Notes under the pieces: generated by a model
Seen by the model: only the letters and a program-made list of their open reading frames with translations
Database searches by the model: none
Told to the model about the DNA's origin: nothing
Translations under genes and position numbers: made by a program
In this document: positions 29,401 through 40,699 of the stretch, piece by piece
Numbering within the stretch: the stretch's first letter is position 1
Layout: each line of letters starts with the position of its first letter
Source of the DNA: Botryllus schlosseri
Lineage: Eukaryota
Assembly (NCBI GenBank): GCA_051294905.1
Contig: CM119378.1
Coordinates: 3,412,001 to 3,476,000, forward strand
DNA length: 64,000 nt
Direction: 5' to 3'

Positions 29401-32400
29401 TGTGTAGCCATAACACAATTATAGTCAAATTTGGAAAAAAAACTGTGCAGCTATAACTCAAAATTTAATTCTAATTTGAAAAAAGTGCATCTATGATTCT
29501 AATTCTAATCTAATTCAGTAAAAACTGTGTAGCTATATTACTACTTCTAGTCAGATTTGGAAAAAAATGTGCAGCTATAATTCAAATTCCAATCTAATTT
29601 GGAAAACTGGGTGGTTAAAATATTAATTCTAGTCTAATCTGGAACAAACTGCGGCTATAATTCTAATATAATTTGGTAAAAACTGAGTTGCTATAGCTCA
29701 AATTCTTTAGTTAGATTTGGAAAAAAGCTGTGGAGCTATAATACTAATCTTAGTGTAATTTGGAAAGAAATGTATGGCTACAATTGTAATTTCGCTGAAA
29801 ATTTTGAAATTCTCTGGATACATCCCAGGGATTGTTTTTTAGTGTTCGTGATAATTCAACTACATATATTACGCAGATTTGAGATTTCCCTCCCAAGTAT
29901 TTACGTTGTATATGCGTGTTGTTTTACGATGTTAACGCGAATCTGCAATCCACAGCCGACAGCTGCACGGAATTGGACGCACCCGCAAACGGAAGAATTA
30001 CCTGCTCAAACGGCTTCATCTTGGGCAGCGCTTGCTCCTACATTTGCAACCGAGGCTACTTCATGAGAGGGTCAAGCGGCGCTCTCACCAGAAGAAACCT
30101 CCTCCGATCCACCTGTACCACGGACTTGTCCTGGACTGTTGATCCACCAACTTGCGAGCCCATCACTTGCCTCCCTGTTCAAACGTAAGCAGGATTATAT
30201 CGCTTGAATAGCATATTCCTATTCAAATATAGCAGACTATTTTCGGTAGACCCTGGTCAGGGGTAATCGTAATACGATTGTTGATATACACCGTTCAAGC
30301 CTCTACTAGATGCTGAGGATTAGGCTACCCCTGAGCAGTGTCAGTCGAAAATATTCGACATTAGGCCTATTTCAGGTGATTATATTACGCAATTGTATAC
30401 TGAAGTTCTGTACCTCCGTGAAGCTCTTCAATTCTATGACTATAGCAAACTATGTTTGGCGTTGCTCGTGACGGAGAGACACGCACATTAGACCGTCTGC
30501 GTTTCATGCGTATCCTATATTTGATACTCAAAGGTTTAAATTGTCTTATCTGAAGTGGGGATTTGATCGCTACTATATGCGCCTATTTGTAGTACCAGTA
30601 GCCATTTTGCGTCAGTCGAGAAGATGCACCCTGTAATTTCGATATTGGCCTCATCGCATTGCCTGCTATAATTATGCGACCTATCGAAAACTACTTTCTT
30701 GAATACTTTTCATATCATCGTTTTCTGCTTCTACTTGAAATGGTTTTGAAAGGTCTCAGAAATAGCTCCCTGTAATCGTTACTGACTAAACATTTACGTC
30801 ATTACCTTTACTTCCGCTTCAGTATCAACGCTGACTACTTTGAGCACGTCTGCGTAGTAAATCTATACATCTTGCTCTACCATAACAATTGCGTAAAATT
30901 TCCGTTGCATCGACAGCGACCCGCTCGGAGGCACCGTGAGCTGCACCAACGAGAACTTCCATCGATCCCGCTGCAGCTTCTCTTGCAACCGCGGCTACAA
31001 AATGGAAGGCCGACCCACGACCACATGCGAGGAAGATGGCCCCAACTCTGAATTCGGCCAGTGGTCGTACCCGGCTCCTATCTGCAAAGGTTCGTTATCA
31101 ACAGAGTCTCGCCAATATGGGAGTTGCGAGCCTATACTGATAAAATCGAAAATTAACAGTACCTTTACCGATAACCCCGATATATTCAGCCGATATTCAA
31201 AACGGCATGTAGTTAGGTTTACCACATGTTCTCAATAAGGAGGATTGTTCCTCCTTTTTCAAGAAATCTAAAATAACGACGACGACGACGCCGCCCTAAT
31301 ATCCTCCTTTTTCGCAATCCGTCCTTCCTTATAGATTTGAGAGTCAGTGACAGCTCACAAATGCCATCATAGACGTAAAATCACCATTTTTAGTCAATCC
31401 ATCAATATTAGCAGTAAAATTGATCTTTTGTGTCCTCTTTCGGATCTCAGAATATTGTAACCTTAATCTAGCTTAAACTTCGGAGCACTTGTCTGAACAA
31501 TTTTACAGAATTGGTGCCAAATGCAGTTGCAATGTATGGTATTATAGCCTACCTCTTGATTTCAGGAAACCATGAACATCATGCCATGTATATAAGTATT
31601 CCTTCTCGTTCACACATACCGAGAAACAATTTCCGGCAGAGCTAAACGATGGAATATACCCACTGTAGATGTGCTGTTAATTTAAAAAACAATTTATTTT
31701 TCTTCTCCAACAACTTCGTTTCTGCGGATCGTATTTAAGCCAGATTCGTTATTCATCGTTCGTTTAGGCAACCTATTAATTTCATGGGGTAGTCAGTGAA
31801 ATTTGAGGATTCTTTATTTTTTTGTTATTAAATCCAGAATTTCCAACTACTATAGCTTCGTCTCGACGGCTTGGAATTGAGCTAAATTTTTAGCGCGGCG
31901 TTTTTTCAGGCAGCTTAAATGTTTCATGCGGTAGCCGGTAAAATTTGACAAAATAAAAGGCACTTTTTAAAAATTCTATTTGACACGAAATAAACTAGAA
32001 AGGCTGCATCTGGCCGCATATACTTTATACGAAATATATCAATATTTCCAGCCAGGCAGTCACGGATAAGAGTCGCCCGAGACGCTTGCCACGCTTGCCG
32101 ACACTGATGTCAACTTGATACGATTGGCGAACCGATATAATAGATCGGTCTCTCAAGTTATTAATGTAGAAATCTAACTCTATAAATAATAAGACTATCA
32201 CGGCCGCATTCAGAAAACCTTTGCGACGAGGACCTTCCGCTCACGCCCGAGAACGGAGTCAAATCGTGCACAAACGCCAACGTGCTGGGGTCAGTGTGCA
32301 CATTCACGTGCGACCGATTCCACACGATGACCGGGCCGAAGCGCAGCCGTTGCATCGAGACGCCGGAAGGACCGAGATGGTCGCACACGTCGCCGACATG

Positions 32401-34914
32401 TGAACGTAAGCACATGCTTCGTACAGACTTGGACACCTGGATAATTCTAGTACTCAATTTGTGAAATGATTCTATATACGCTCTCATTATATTGATAATC
32501 TGATTTATGGTTTTCCTGAAAATGCTATACAGGATAACTATATGGTGCGAAACCAGCCAAACTCGGTATACCAAAATTTGTCATTACCATACTTATGAGA
32601 ACGAAAACTAATATCACGAATTTTCAAGTGTTTTCGTGAATTCATTGAATCTGATTATAATCAAATTTGGATTAAACTGTGTAGCTATACTTCTAATTCT
32701 AATCTAATTTATGTTTTTTTTTGAAAATTGTACCGGAGAACTTTATAGTGTGAAACGAGCCGAGCTTGCTGTACAGACATTTGTCATTCTCTGCTTATGC
32801 AAACGGTCACTGATTTGATATGAACCGGAATTGTTTGTTGTATTTATTACTAATTCGGAATATAATATCCAAGTTTTTGAATATGTTATTATAATCCAAT
32901 TGTGAAATAACTGGATAGCTTTAATTCTAATTTTTACCCGATTCGGAAAAGCTGAATTTTTTCTGGTTGTCCAACTCAAGCTTCATAGCGTAGTAGCGGG
33001 TAGAAATCCTTCATGTCTCCATTTTCCCCCCTCTCAGCCGATCTGTGCCAACCGCCGAGGGAAACTCTCCGAAACGGTGTCGTGTCCTGCACCCGATCCA
33101 ACTACGTCAACTCCCTGTGTACGTTCACTTGCACCGAGCCAGGCTATTCTCTATACCCCGAAGGCTTCACCACCAACAAGTGCCAAGCATCTCAGAAATG
33201 GAGCCGCAGAGCGCCGTGCTGTACTCGTAAGCGGATCGCGAGATCGTGATAGATTGAGAGGAAATGACACGCCGTTATTTCGCAGGACCGTGCCCGCCTA
33301 ACGCCAAGATGGACGCAATCATTGTTCTTGATTCGTCATCGTCGGTTGGCGCTGAAAATTGGGTGATTGTCACGCGTTTCATCCGAAACATCATTGCGTA
33401 AGTTTACATTTGCGTGCTGTTGTAATTGTCGAGACCGTAAAATGCGTCACGTCGTATTGCAACATTAGGCACATAATTGGATTCTTCTCTTTACGTATCG
33501 GCATCTCCAATTAGGTTGTCACAGAGAATCAATGTCATTCAGTATTCGTCAGAATATATGTAACATCCGAACAAGACACACAGAATGTACAATGCGATAA
33601 GACACAATGCGATGTAATGAACAGATAGGAGGATACCGAACAACCAGTTGCGGTCGCAGTAGCGGTCTCTTACTGGCATCCACCTCCGCTATAGTGCCCG
33701 ATTTCACAGTTCCTTTTTCGATCTCTTGCATAAGCATAAGCATCTTGTCATAATGTATTCCTCTGTAACTCCCGCCTTCACCATATCCTTTTTACTACAT
33801 CTTGATGTCTCTTACACGACCTAGCTCTCTTCATTCTACCTGTTAGTTGAATTAAACATAGACTGATCGACCTAGTCCATATCTCTCGTATTTACAGGCC
33901 CATTGCACATACCACGTAGCTTTTGATCACTATTTTTATTGTTAATATGTGTTATATGTGAATCTTATTAGCAGTAATCGTAGCCTTATCTCATCACATT
34001 GACCCTTCGCAGTTCTTTCACAATCTCTGAGGACACCAGTCACTTCGCCGTCATCCGTTACAACAAGGCCGTCGACAGCGTAAACCAAATCCTGTTGAAC
34101 GACTACCCCGACAACAAAGTGGGACTTCTGCGCGCGTTCGATAGATTGCCATACGACGGAAGTGGTAAGATGGCGTCGCATTGAAGTCGTGTACCTGTAG
34201 TATGTTATCGTGATTTTAGGATGGTTTTCCTTTCTATGTCCTCTGTAATCTTTGGAAAAGGGTTGCCACTTATGGATAAAATACATATTAGCCTACGTAA
34301 CTTCTATATTGATAGAATAGTGTCGGGAATATATTGTACAGTCGATAATTTGCTTATCACGAAAAGGAATCAAATTACGTATTCAAAGACGTATTACAAC
34401 TATGCCGTTGTTGCGTTACAGGAACAAGGACCGGTCAAGCCATCTCGTACGCCGGCGAAGTTCTGTTGTCGCCAGAAAATGGCGACCGTCCCGAAGTCCC
34501 GAATCTGATGATTGTGGTCACTGACGGAAAGTCTCAGGATGAAGTTTTAACGCCTTCACAGTCGCTCAGACGCAGAGGAGTCATTGTAAGAGCTTTGGGT
34601 TTGTCGTAGAATATCCCTCTAGTCTTGGTGTCCATTATATCAAAGCTATGTATTTATTTTAGTGGATATATATATATATATATGTGGATTTTTGCACAGC
34701 TTTTTGTCCTAGTCTTGTTATTACGATCTAATCTTCTCTTTAGACCTTCGCTGTTGGTATCCAACCACCGAAAGGAAAGCTCGACCCAACTCAGCTGATT
34801 GAAATCGCCGGTGACGAAAGACGTGTCTTGATCGCTGACAGTTTCGGATCCCTGGACGCCAACTTCGCTCTCAGCATCACAGACAGAGTCTGCGGCGACC
34901 CGTGCGACAACTAG
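11434..34914 (+). CDS. Secreted Ly6/uPAR-like + 19x CCP (sushi) + VWA domain protein, 29 coding exons, ~1595 aa
   Basis: Exons, all GT-AG and phase-consistent, total 4788 nt: 11434-11491, 12350-12435, 12862-12966, 13033-13144, 13210-13320, 13399-13488, 14840-15104, 16347-16544, 16607-16719, 18258-18461, 19177-19316, 19775-19866, 21675-21850, 21920-22151, 22210-22382, 22762-22993, 24080-24255, 25397-25628, 26289-26461, 27446-27674, 28665-28873, 29956-30184, 30917-31089, 32214-32405, 33038-33226, 33286-33397, 34013-34164, 34422-34585, 34744-34914. Signal peptide [20 protein letters not shown]. Repeated C..P.NG.V.C...GS.C.F.C..GY...C...W...P.C sushi motifs. VWA motifs [31 protein letters not shown]. 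No TM segment. AATAAA at 35057. Confidence 0.88.
12350..13144 (+). other. Ly6/uPAR (three-finger)-like N-terminal domain exons of the CCP-VWA gene
   Basis: Three exons encode [15 protein letters not shown]...C / GGCFAEIR...[14 protein letters not shown] / ...[11 protein letters not shown], i.e. a CxxC start and CC-x-DxCN end typical of LU domains. Confidence 0.7.
13915..14312. mobile_element. TIR element; inverted second copy at ~28128-28628
   Basis: Shared blocks (TTTTGAGGGTTCCAACCATCCCATATCG, TAGGCTCAT, AAAACA repeats) in opposite orientation at both sites; TGCATTTAAAAC-type ends. Confidence 0.65.
16781..17682. mobile_element. Charlie-like hAT element nested in a TCTAAT-family element
   Basis: CCGTGGTGTCAAACATACGGCCCG .. 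CGGCCCGCG..GAGTTTGACAACCCTG; imperfect TSD CTATAAAG / AACTAAAG; host element starts ~16728 and resumes at 17683. Confidence 0.78.
20070..21399. mobile_element. Charlie/MER5-like hAT MITE with nested element
   Basis: CAGTGGTTCCCAA / TTGGGAACCACTG, TSD ATCTAAAC, ATTCCCCAC subterminal repeats. Confidence 0.9.
20136..20972. mobile_element. hAT element (CAGGACCGTAAC family), nested copy
   Basis: CAGGACCGTAAC / GTTACGGTCCTA, TSD TTCCCCAC; homologous to 36908-37807. Confidence 0.88.
23261..23723. mobile_element. hAT (Charlie-like) MITE carrying 28S rRNA sequence
   Basis: Ends CAGAGGTCACCAAC / GATGTTGACCCCGG; GCGGGCGACC subterminal motif; imperfect flanking direct repeat TATTCTGAAG / TAATCTGACG. 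Confidence 0.65.
23321..23660 (-). pseudogene. Diverged, internally deleted 28S (LSU) rRNA fragments inside a MITE
   Basis: Reverse complement contains GTAGCAAATATTCAAA..GGAGAAGGGTTTCAT.TGAACAGC.GTTGAACATGGGTCAGTCG, ..GTTAATATTCCC.. and CTGCCCAGTGCTC.GAATGTC..AAGAAAT..TAAACGGCGGGAGTAACT, all conserved eukaryotic LSU core motifs. Confidence 0.85.
24459..25032. mobile_element. Charlie-like hAT MITE
   Basis: CAGGGGTCACCAAC / GTTGGCGACCCCCG, TSD TATTAAAG / CATTCAAG (6/8). Confidence 0.72.
25672..26260. mobile_element. hAT-like family TAGG(G/C)TTACCATA..TATGGTAACCCTA (other copies ~18500-19140, 31214-31465, 38167-38590, 40180-40423)
   Basis: Shared TIRs and TCCTCCTTT/GGAGGATT subterminal blocks; the copies at 18500, 25672 and ~15350 also share internal sequence. 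Confidence 0.7.
29170..29800 (+). repeat. ~35-42-bp minisatellite (TGTGTAGCTATAATTCTAATTCTAATCTAATTTGGAAAAAA) inside a TCTAAT-family element
   Basis: About 15 diverged tandem units are visible directly. Confidence 0.85.
32424..32979. mobile_element. hAT element, CAGACTTGGACA / TCTAAT-rich family (about 9 copies in window)
   Basis: TIR CAGACTTGGACA / TGTCCAACTCAA, TSD GCTTCGTA / GCTTCATA. Relatives at ~16728-18020, 19350-19655, 22400-22720, 27696-28107, 28910-29830, 43297-43600, 50150-50370 and 60850-61215 share GTGCGAAACGAGCCAAGCTTG..GTCATTCTC. Confidence 0.78.
33286..34914 (+). other. VWA domain exons (last 4 exons of the CCP-VWA gene)
   Basis: DxSxS (DSSSS), T (GTRTG) and D (VTDG) MIDAS residues present; FAVIRYN and TFAVGI strand motifs. 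Confidence 0.9.
33565..33712. repeat. Dispersed repeat, second copy at 40538-40672
   Basis: ACAAGACACACA..ATGTACAATGCGATA..GACACAATGCGATG.AATGAACAGAT..ACCAGTTG..CATCCACCTC..CCCGAT.TCACAGT is shared by both sites. Confidence 0.75.
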
Positions 34915-35190
34915 ATGTCAGTCTCATATCAGCTTATGTCTTTGGCTGTTTTTAGAATCGGCTATAGCCGTTTTAACGATCTGTAGATTTTTTCAAGACC
35001 CATTATAAGCATTGGTTATGTTCTATGGATGCATGGGATTTCTGTATGCTAACTGAAATAAAGAAGAACCGAGCGTTTGATTCTTGAATCTACAATGCCA
35101 GCGTTGTTTACCAGAAGGCAGGCATTGTTGGATAATGGATTGTCGTAGTACAGCGAATTTATGCGGGCGTTCTGTTGGATAGTGTAAAAC

Positions 35191-35781
35191 TATAGAAATT
35201 AAACATGGAACGGCAACGACCGATTTTGCGGCTTCGTTCCGCTTCGCCGAGGCTGGAGTGGAGAGTGGTTTTGCGTAAGCGACTGTAGGATTTCTGGCAA
35301 TCCAAAAGCTATCTTCCCGAGCACCGAAATTATTGAATCTGGTCTTGATCGAAAGCCACTGCTGCACCGATTCCGAAAATATAAAGTAAAATAATGATCG
35401 GGCACTGATCCACCTAGAATCCGTCCTCCAAGTCGAAATATCGGCATTGTTCGAATAAATCGGAGAGTCGCAACGGGTCATTGTTATGGTCATTGTGTTG
35501 CGGTTACCCGATTGTTCTGAACAATCCCGATATTTTAGACTTGGAGGACAGATTCTAGGTGGATCAGTGCCTGTTCATTATTTAAATTTATATTTTCGGA
35601 ATCAGTGCAACATTAGCTTTCGATCAAGACCAGATTCAATAATTTCTGCGCTCGGGAAGATAGCTTTTGGATTGCCAGAAATCCTACAGTCGCTTACGCC
35701 AAACAATTCTCCTCTTCAGCCTCTGCGAAGCGGAACGAAGCTGCAAAATCTGTCGTTGCCGTTCCATGTTTAATTTCTATA
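35191..35781. mobile_element. Foldback TIR element (~590-bp palindrome)
   Basis: TATAGAAATTAAACATGGAACGGCAACGAC .. GTCGTTGCCGTTCCATGTTTAATTTCTATA, ~270-bp arms, flanked by direct repeat GTAAAAC. Confidence 0.88.
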
Positions 35782-35957
35782 GTAAAACACTTGTACAGTA
35801 GTCAAACGATATTATGACGAAACTGTGTCTTTCGGACCACGGCGGTTTTGTTACGATTAGTAGGCGTACGCCGGCCGTACGGTACCGGCGTTCAACGGAC
35901 GGCATAACAAAACAACGCCAACTGAAAAAGGGCATGTACCTATAGCAAACTTCATAC

Positions 35958-36683
35958 CAGTGTTGGGATCAAGTCACTACCTTCGAGTCATTGCACATTT
36001 TGACTGAAGTCAAGTCAAGTCAATCGATTTTCATATGCGATTCCAGTCAAGTCAAGTCACTCAATTTTTGGAGGTGACTCGAGTCAAACGACGCGACATG
36101 ATTCTAAGTCATTGCATTTTGCTAACTGTTTCAAATACAGATGGAGTCCCTGCTTATTCTGAATCGAGGAATGAATAAAGAGTTTATTATTCACGCAAGT
36201 ATAGGGGTATAGCCTCAGTCTATCTGTCGAAATACAGGATAACATGCGAAACCTTGGACAGTTCAGAAAAGGATATGGTGCAAGACGCTACCCAGCACCT
36301 AAATATCCATGATATACAATAATAAACGTATCCGTTTGATTTAAATCATAGAAGAGGTAAGCTCCGATCAGGCGATCACTGCGTTTGCGATCAATTTATT
36401 TGTGATATCACAATGTAGGCTCGGTAAAACGCACAATCATCGAGTGATTCGTTAGCAATCCGAGCTTATACAACCAGGGATTTCTAAGTTTTAGAAATCC
36501 CTGTTATACAACATACAGCGATTTAGTCGACATCGATTACTTGATGACTTGAATTAATTGCTTCGAGTCACGAGTTAATCTGCATTTCTAAAGCGTCGAT
36601 TCAAGTCAAGTCATTTTTGAAAAGTGACTTGAGTCAACTCACGTCATACGAAAAAGGTGTTGACTCGAGTCATCCCAACACTG
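35958..36683. mobile_element. hAT-Ac-like non-autonomous element
   Basis: CAGTGTTGGGAT / ATCCCAACACTG, TSD CTTCATAC / CTTCGCAC, AAGTC and GAGTC subterminal repeats. Confidence 0.8.
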
Positions 36684-36907
36684 CTTCGCACACAGATGAA
36701 CCATACTGAAGTGAACAATGAGCATGAACAATGAAGATTGATCACCGGTACCACAATCCCAAAACCCAGACAACGCGCGAATACATTGTAGTGCCTCGAT
36801 ACAAATTTCATTGCAGTTAACAACGCTACAACATGACATGATCCAATAACAAGACAAGAGCGTTAATAAATCAGAAGGCCTGAGGACAGCACTGAATATG
36901 ATATGAT

Positions 36908-37807
36908 CAGGACCGTAACAGCACTTCGTCAGGCCCTCGCCAAAGCGTTGGTGTTGAGCCCCCATAGGGTGATAAACCGAACTTATGGGGGGATCCACCC
37001 CCAGCCCCCTCAGCCTATGCGCTTTTTGCCGCTACATATCAGCTATATTTGATGTACTTTTTAGTGAATCACGTGATTTCGCCTAAATTTATATATTTCG
37101 TGATTGAATCGGTCAAAATGATCGGGAATAGCATGTGTATTGCTATCAATTTTCTATCCTCTCTGCTCGCGTAATCAAATTTACCGGTACAGCTAAGTGA
37201 GATGTGTTGGAAAAGGCAAGACCCTTAAATAATAATTAAACATATTCGGGCGGACCCGTTGGTATATTGACTTCGTTACATGATGCTATTTCGATACCTC
37301 CTATATATCTGCTATGTCAAAAGATATATGGAAATCGCTAAAACGGACTAAACTGAAAGACGCACACGATTTAATATTGATATTTCTTTACTGGCAAATA
37401 ATTTGTCCCTATGAGATGGCATTTGTCCTGTGGGATTCAGATCGCCAGGACAGAAACATTCGGCGTCAGTCATTTAGGCGCCCATGGACAATTAAACATA
37501 TATGTATAGGGTATACATATCGAAGTTTTCGGTCAGAACAAGGGCATTCCTTTGCGGCCAAGGTCTTCTCGCTGCTGATCGTTTGGTACACTTCTCGGAG
37601 TCGCATGTTATATGTTGCATGGCCTATACCTTGATATTTCTTGGTGCGTCGTGGCGTAGTAATGGCAATATTAAATCGCGCGGGCGCGAAAAAAAAATGA
37701 AAAAGTTGCATAAATTCCCAAAACAATATTCTATAATTTATGTTAAATCACGAAATAATTTTGGGCCCCCTTCGAGCTCGCCCCCCTTGGCGGCAGTTAC
37801 GGTCCTG
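36908..37807. mobile_element. hAT element (CAGGACCGTAAC family)
   Basis: CAGGACCGTAAC / GTTACGGTCCTG, TSD GATATGAT. Confidence 0.9.
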
Positions 37808-40699
37808 GATATGATCAATGATGATACGGTGATACTGGATAGGTTATTATAGCGACTGGTCTGAAATCTATATCAGCTGATGTACTGAGGATTCGAAAAA
37901 TAACCCAGTGTATATCCATCCGAGCGCCAATACGTTTATCAAGGTTGTTTTGACTTTGAATTCTTGGCGCATTTTTATAGAGTCATCATGAAGGCCAATT
38001 GATTACTTGAGTAAATATTATTAGAAATCATAAGTTGATGGACGAGGTAGTATTGGAATGCGAGTGTTCATCGGTTTACCATATTGTATCGGTTTGACCT
38101 ATTATGTGCAAAGGATTTCGAAAGGGGTGTAACGTATATCGTAAAATGTGATATACCGTAGGCTACTAGGGTTACCATATACGTACTCCTTTAGGAGGAT
38201 TTGTTCTCCTTTTTCAGGAAATCGAAAACGTTCTTCGAGGACACCCACCCAAATGTCATCCTTTTTGATAATTTGTCCTCCTTTATAGCTTTCGCAGCAA
38301 GGCGATTGTACTAAAAACGCTATAACTTACGTGAAATATGGAACCGGGAAGTTCGAGCTGATCAGTCGGGAGTCGTTCCGGAAAATGACCTTTTTTAGTC
38401 AACCCTATATGGTATCACATTAAAGTTGGTCTTTCGGGGGAGTCGAGTGTCGGAAAATGGCCTTTTTTTAGTAAACACTACAGAATTTCCTGTAAAGATT
38501 CCCAATTTACCCGTTTTCTCGTCCGATATTATAGATTTTGTTGATTTGCATAAAGTGTCCTCTTCCGAATCTCAAAATATGGTAGCCCTAAGGCCTAGTA
38601 TATACTGTTTTTCCAGTACCACTGTATCTGCACACTGAAAACAATTAGTGACGCGATAAAGAAGCCAAACTGGTTGGTTTGCATTATTGACTTGTCATCG
38701 GACTATATTTAACCGCGGCCAACGCTTCCTAGTGTGTAGAATTCGTAATTGCGGGTAGGTGGGCTTGTCAATATCAACTCCAATTCAGCAATCTACATAC
38801 CAGTTACATCATCCTTATGTATAGGCCTAGTTCTTCAGTTACCTTGGTTGAGCACGCCAGTACATTGACCAATGGAAAATTACTCCACGGACTGACAAGG
38901 TTGAAAAACACTATAGTTTTATAGTTTTATTAGTCAGACATTGGGCTGTACGGTGATTTTAATGAATGACCCCCTATATGAATAAGATAATACAGAAAAG
39001 CGGTAATAACGATGAATAGTTTTATGGTCGATGAAGGAGTCATAGCACGGCGTTCTGCCAGCTGCGCCGTTCTTGACGATTAGACAATCAAAATATTTTA
39101 GTTAACGAAATATGATCCCCATATATTGTTTGCTATCGCAGAAATCTTGAAGTTATTAATACTCAATTATTGAATACTTCTAATCAATCACGCAGTCTGA
39201 TATAACAATGGTTCCATCCATTGTTCAATGGGCTTTCGTAGGAAGGTAGCAATAAAGATGATAGGCGTTAATGAGGTTTGGAAATCATCACAATGCTCCA
39301 CTCAGTGCAGGAATAAGTGAACAATTGCGCCATTCAGCAATGTAACATTTATAAATATATATATTCGTTTGAAAATAAACATGTTATTAATGCAACGGGA
39401 TCGTCGCGTAACAGATTAGGAGAAACACATCGCTCGCAATTATGCGAAATGCATTTCTGATTAACTCCGGTAACGACCGCTTGTCCAGACAGGCATCGTA
39501 TAGAGAAATGTATACTATACATATACAATAAATATAACATTCTATAGTTTGTTGTATGATAAAATTAGTTTCATTCATTTTATTCATACTCTTCTTAATC
39601 CACCCTCCCAAATGTTAGTTATAGTATTGATTGAATTCATTCGGTGGAACCGGAATCCGATAGAAAAATTCGGATTGATGGCACATAGCCTACTTTGTTC
39701 CATTAATAGGATTATAGATTGATGGTGTATGCCTGCATATTTCATATTGCATGTAGCATGTAGCATATAGGGCGATCTGAACATGAGAATTAGGACAGTG
39801 GCTTCGGGGAAATCTCCGAGACAAAATAGCATTTGACTACCCAGAAACATCGATAGGCTATCATTTTCAAGACAGCTACCGATGGTTGTAATGACTCGAG
39901 TCTTACTTATCTAGTATTCATTACAGCTAAATTGTCGGACAAAGTAAATTGATGTGCCTGCCTACCTAGACGCTTGTTTTATCTTATTCATATACGGCAG
40001 TGTGCTCCCCAATGCGTTTGCAAACATTTCCCAGCATGGTGGCTGGAAACCAGCAAACCAGAGACTGTCTGGTGGGACCACTAGAAGGAGATCAGTTTTA
40101 GTATCATTTGCGCAATCGAAGTGCTTTGACGATGATATAATCGACTCTGACACTAGTCAGAATCACAAGTCTCCTATTGCAGGGTTACCATACGCACTCC
40201 TTTAGGAAGATTAGTCCTCCATTTTCAGGTTTTTCAAAACATCCTCCGAGGTCGCCTAAAAGTCCTCTTTTTAGCAATTCGTCCTCCTTTACAACTTTTA
40301 CAGTTGGGATAATGGTCAGGTTCAACCGAAAGCCAAAATCGACTGTTTTCAGTATCGATCAAGTAACTTTTACGATTTTGCAAAAGTGTCCTTCTTGCCC
40401 CATTCCAAAATATGGTAACCCTATTTTATGGTGCATACAAAGTCTATCTAATATACTATCGGCAACATATTTAACTTCTTTACAACGCTTAGCTAGGCCC
40501 AATCAACCAATCAATCGTCAGATCATATTTTCATCTGGACAAGACACACACACAATGTACAATGCGATATTCAAGACACACAATGCGATGCAATGAACAG
40601 ATGCCGAACGACCAACCAGTTGGGGTCTCTTGAACTGACATCCACCTCGACCTAGTACCCGATGTCACAGTCTTCTCAGAGGTTATCGTTTTCTTTATA

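Noticed and set aside
29170..29800. CRISPR-like periodic array
   Set aside because: Units are contiguous and degenerate with no unique spacers, the context is eukaryotic, and there are no cas genes.
11434..34914. Calling the gene SVEP1, a selectin, CR1 or factor B
   Set aside because: It lacks EGF, pentraxin, lectin, TM and protease domains and the domain order differs, so no symbol was assigned.
35023..35773. Two similar ORFs on opposite strands (..FRLGG.ILGGSVP..)
   Set aside because: They result from the palindromic element and show no protein-family signal.
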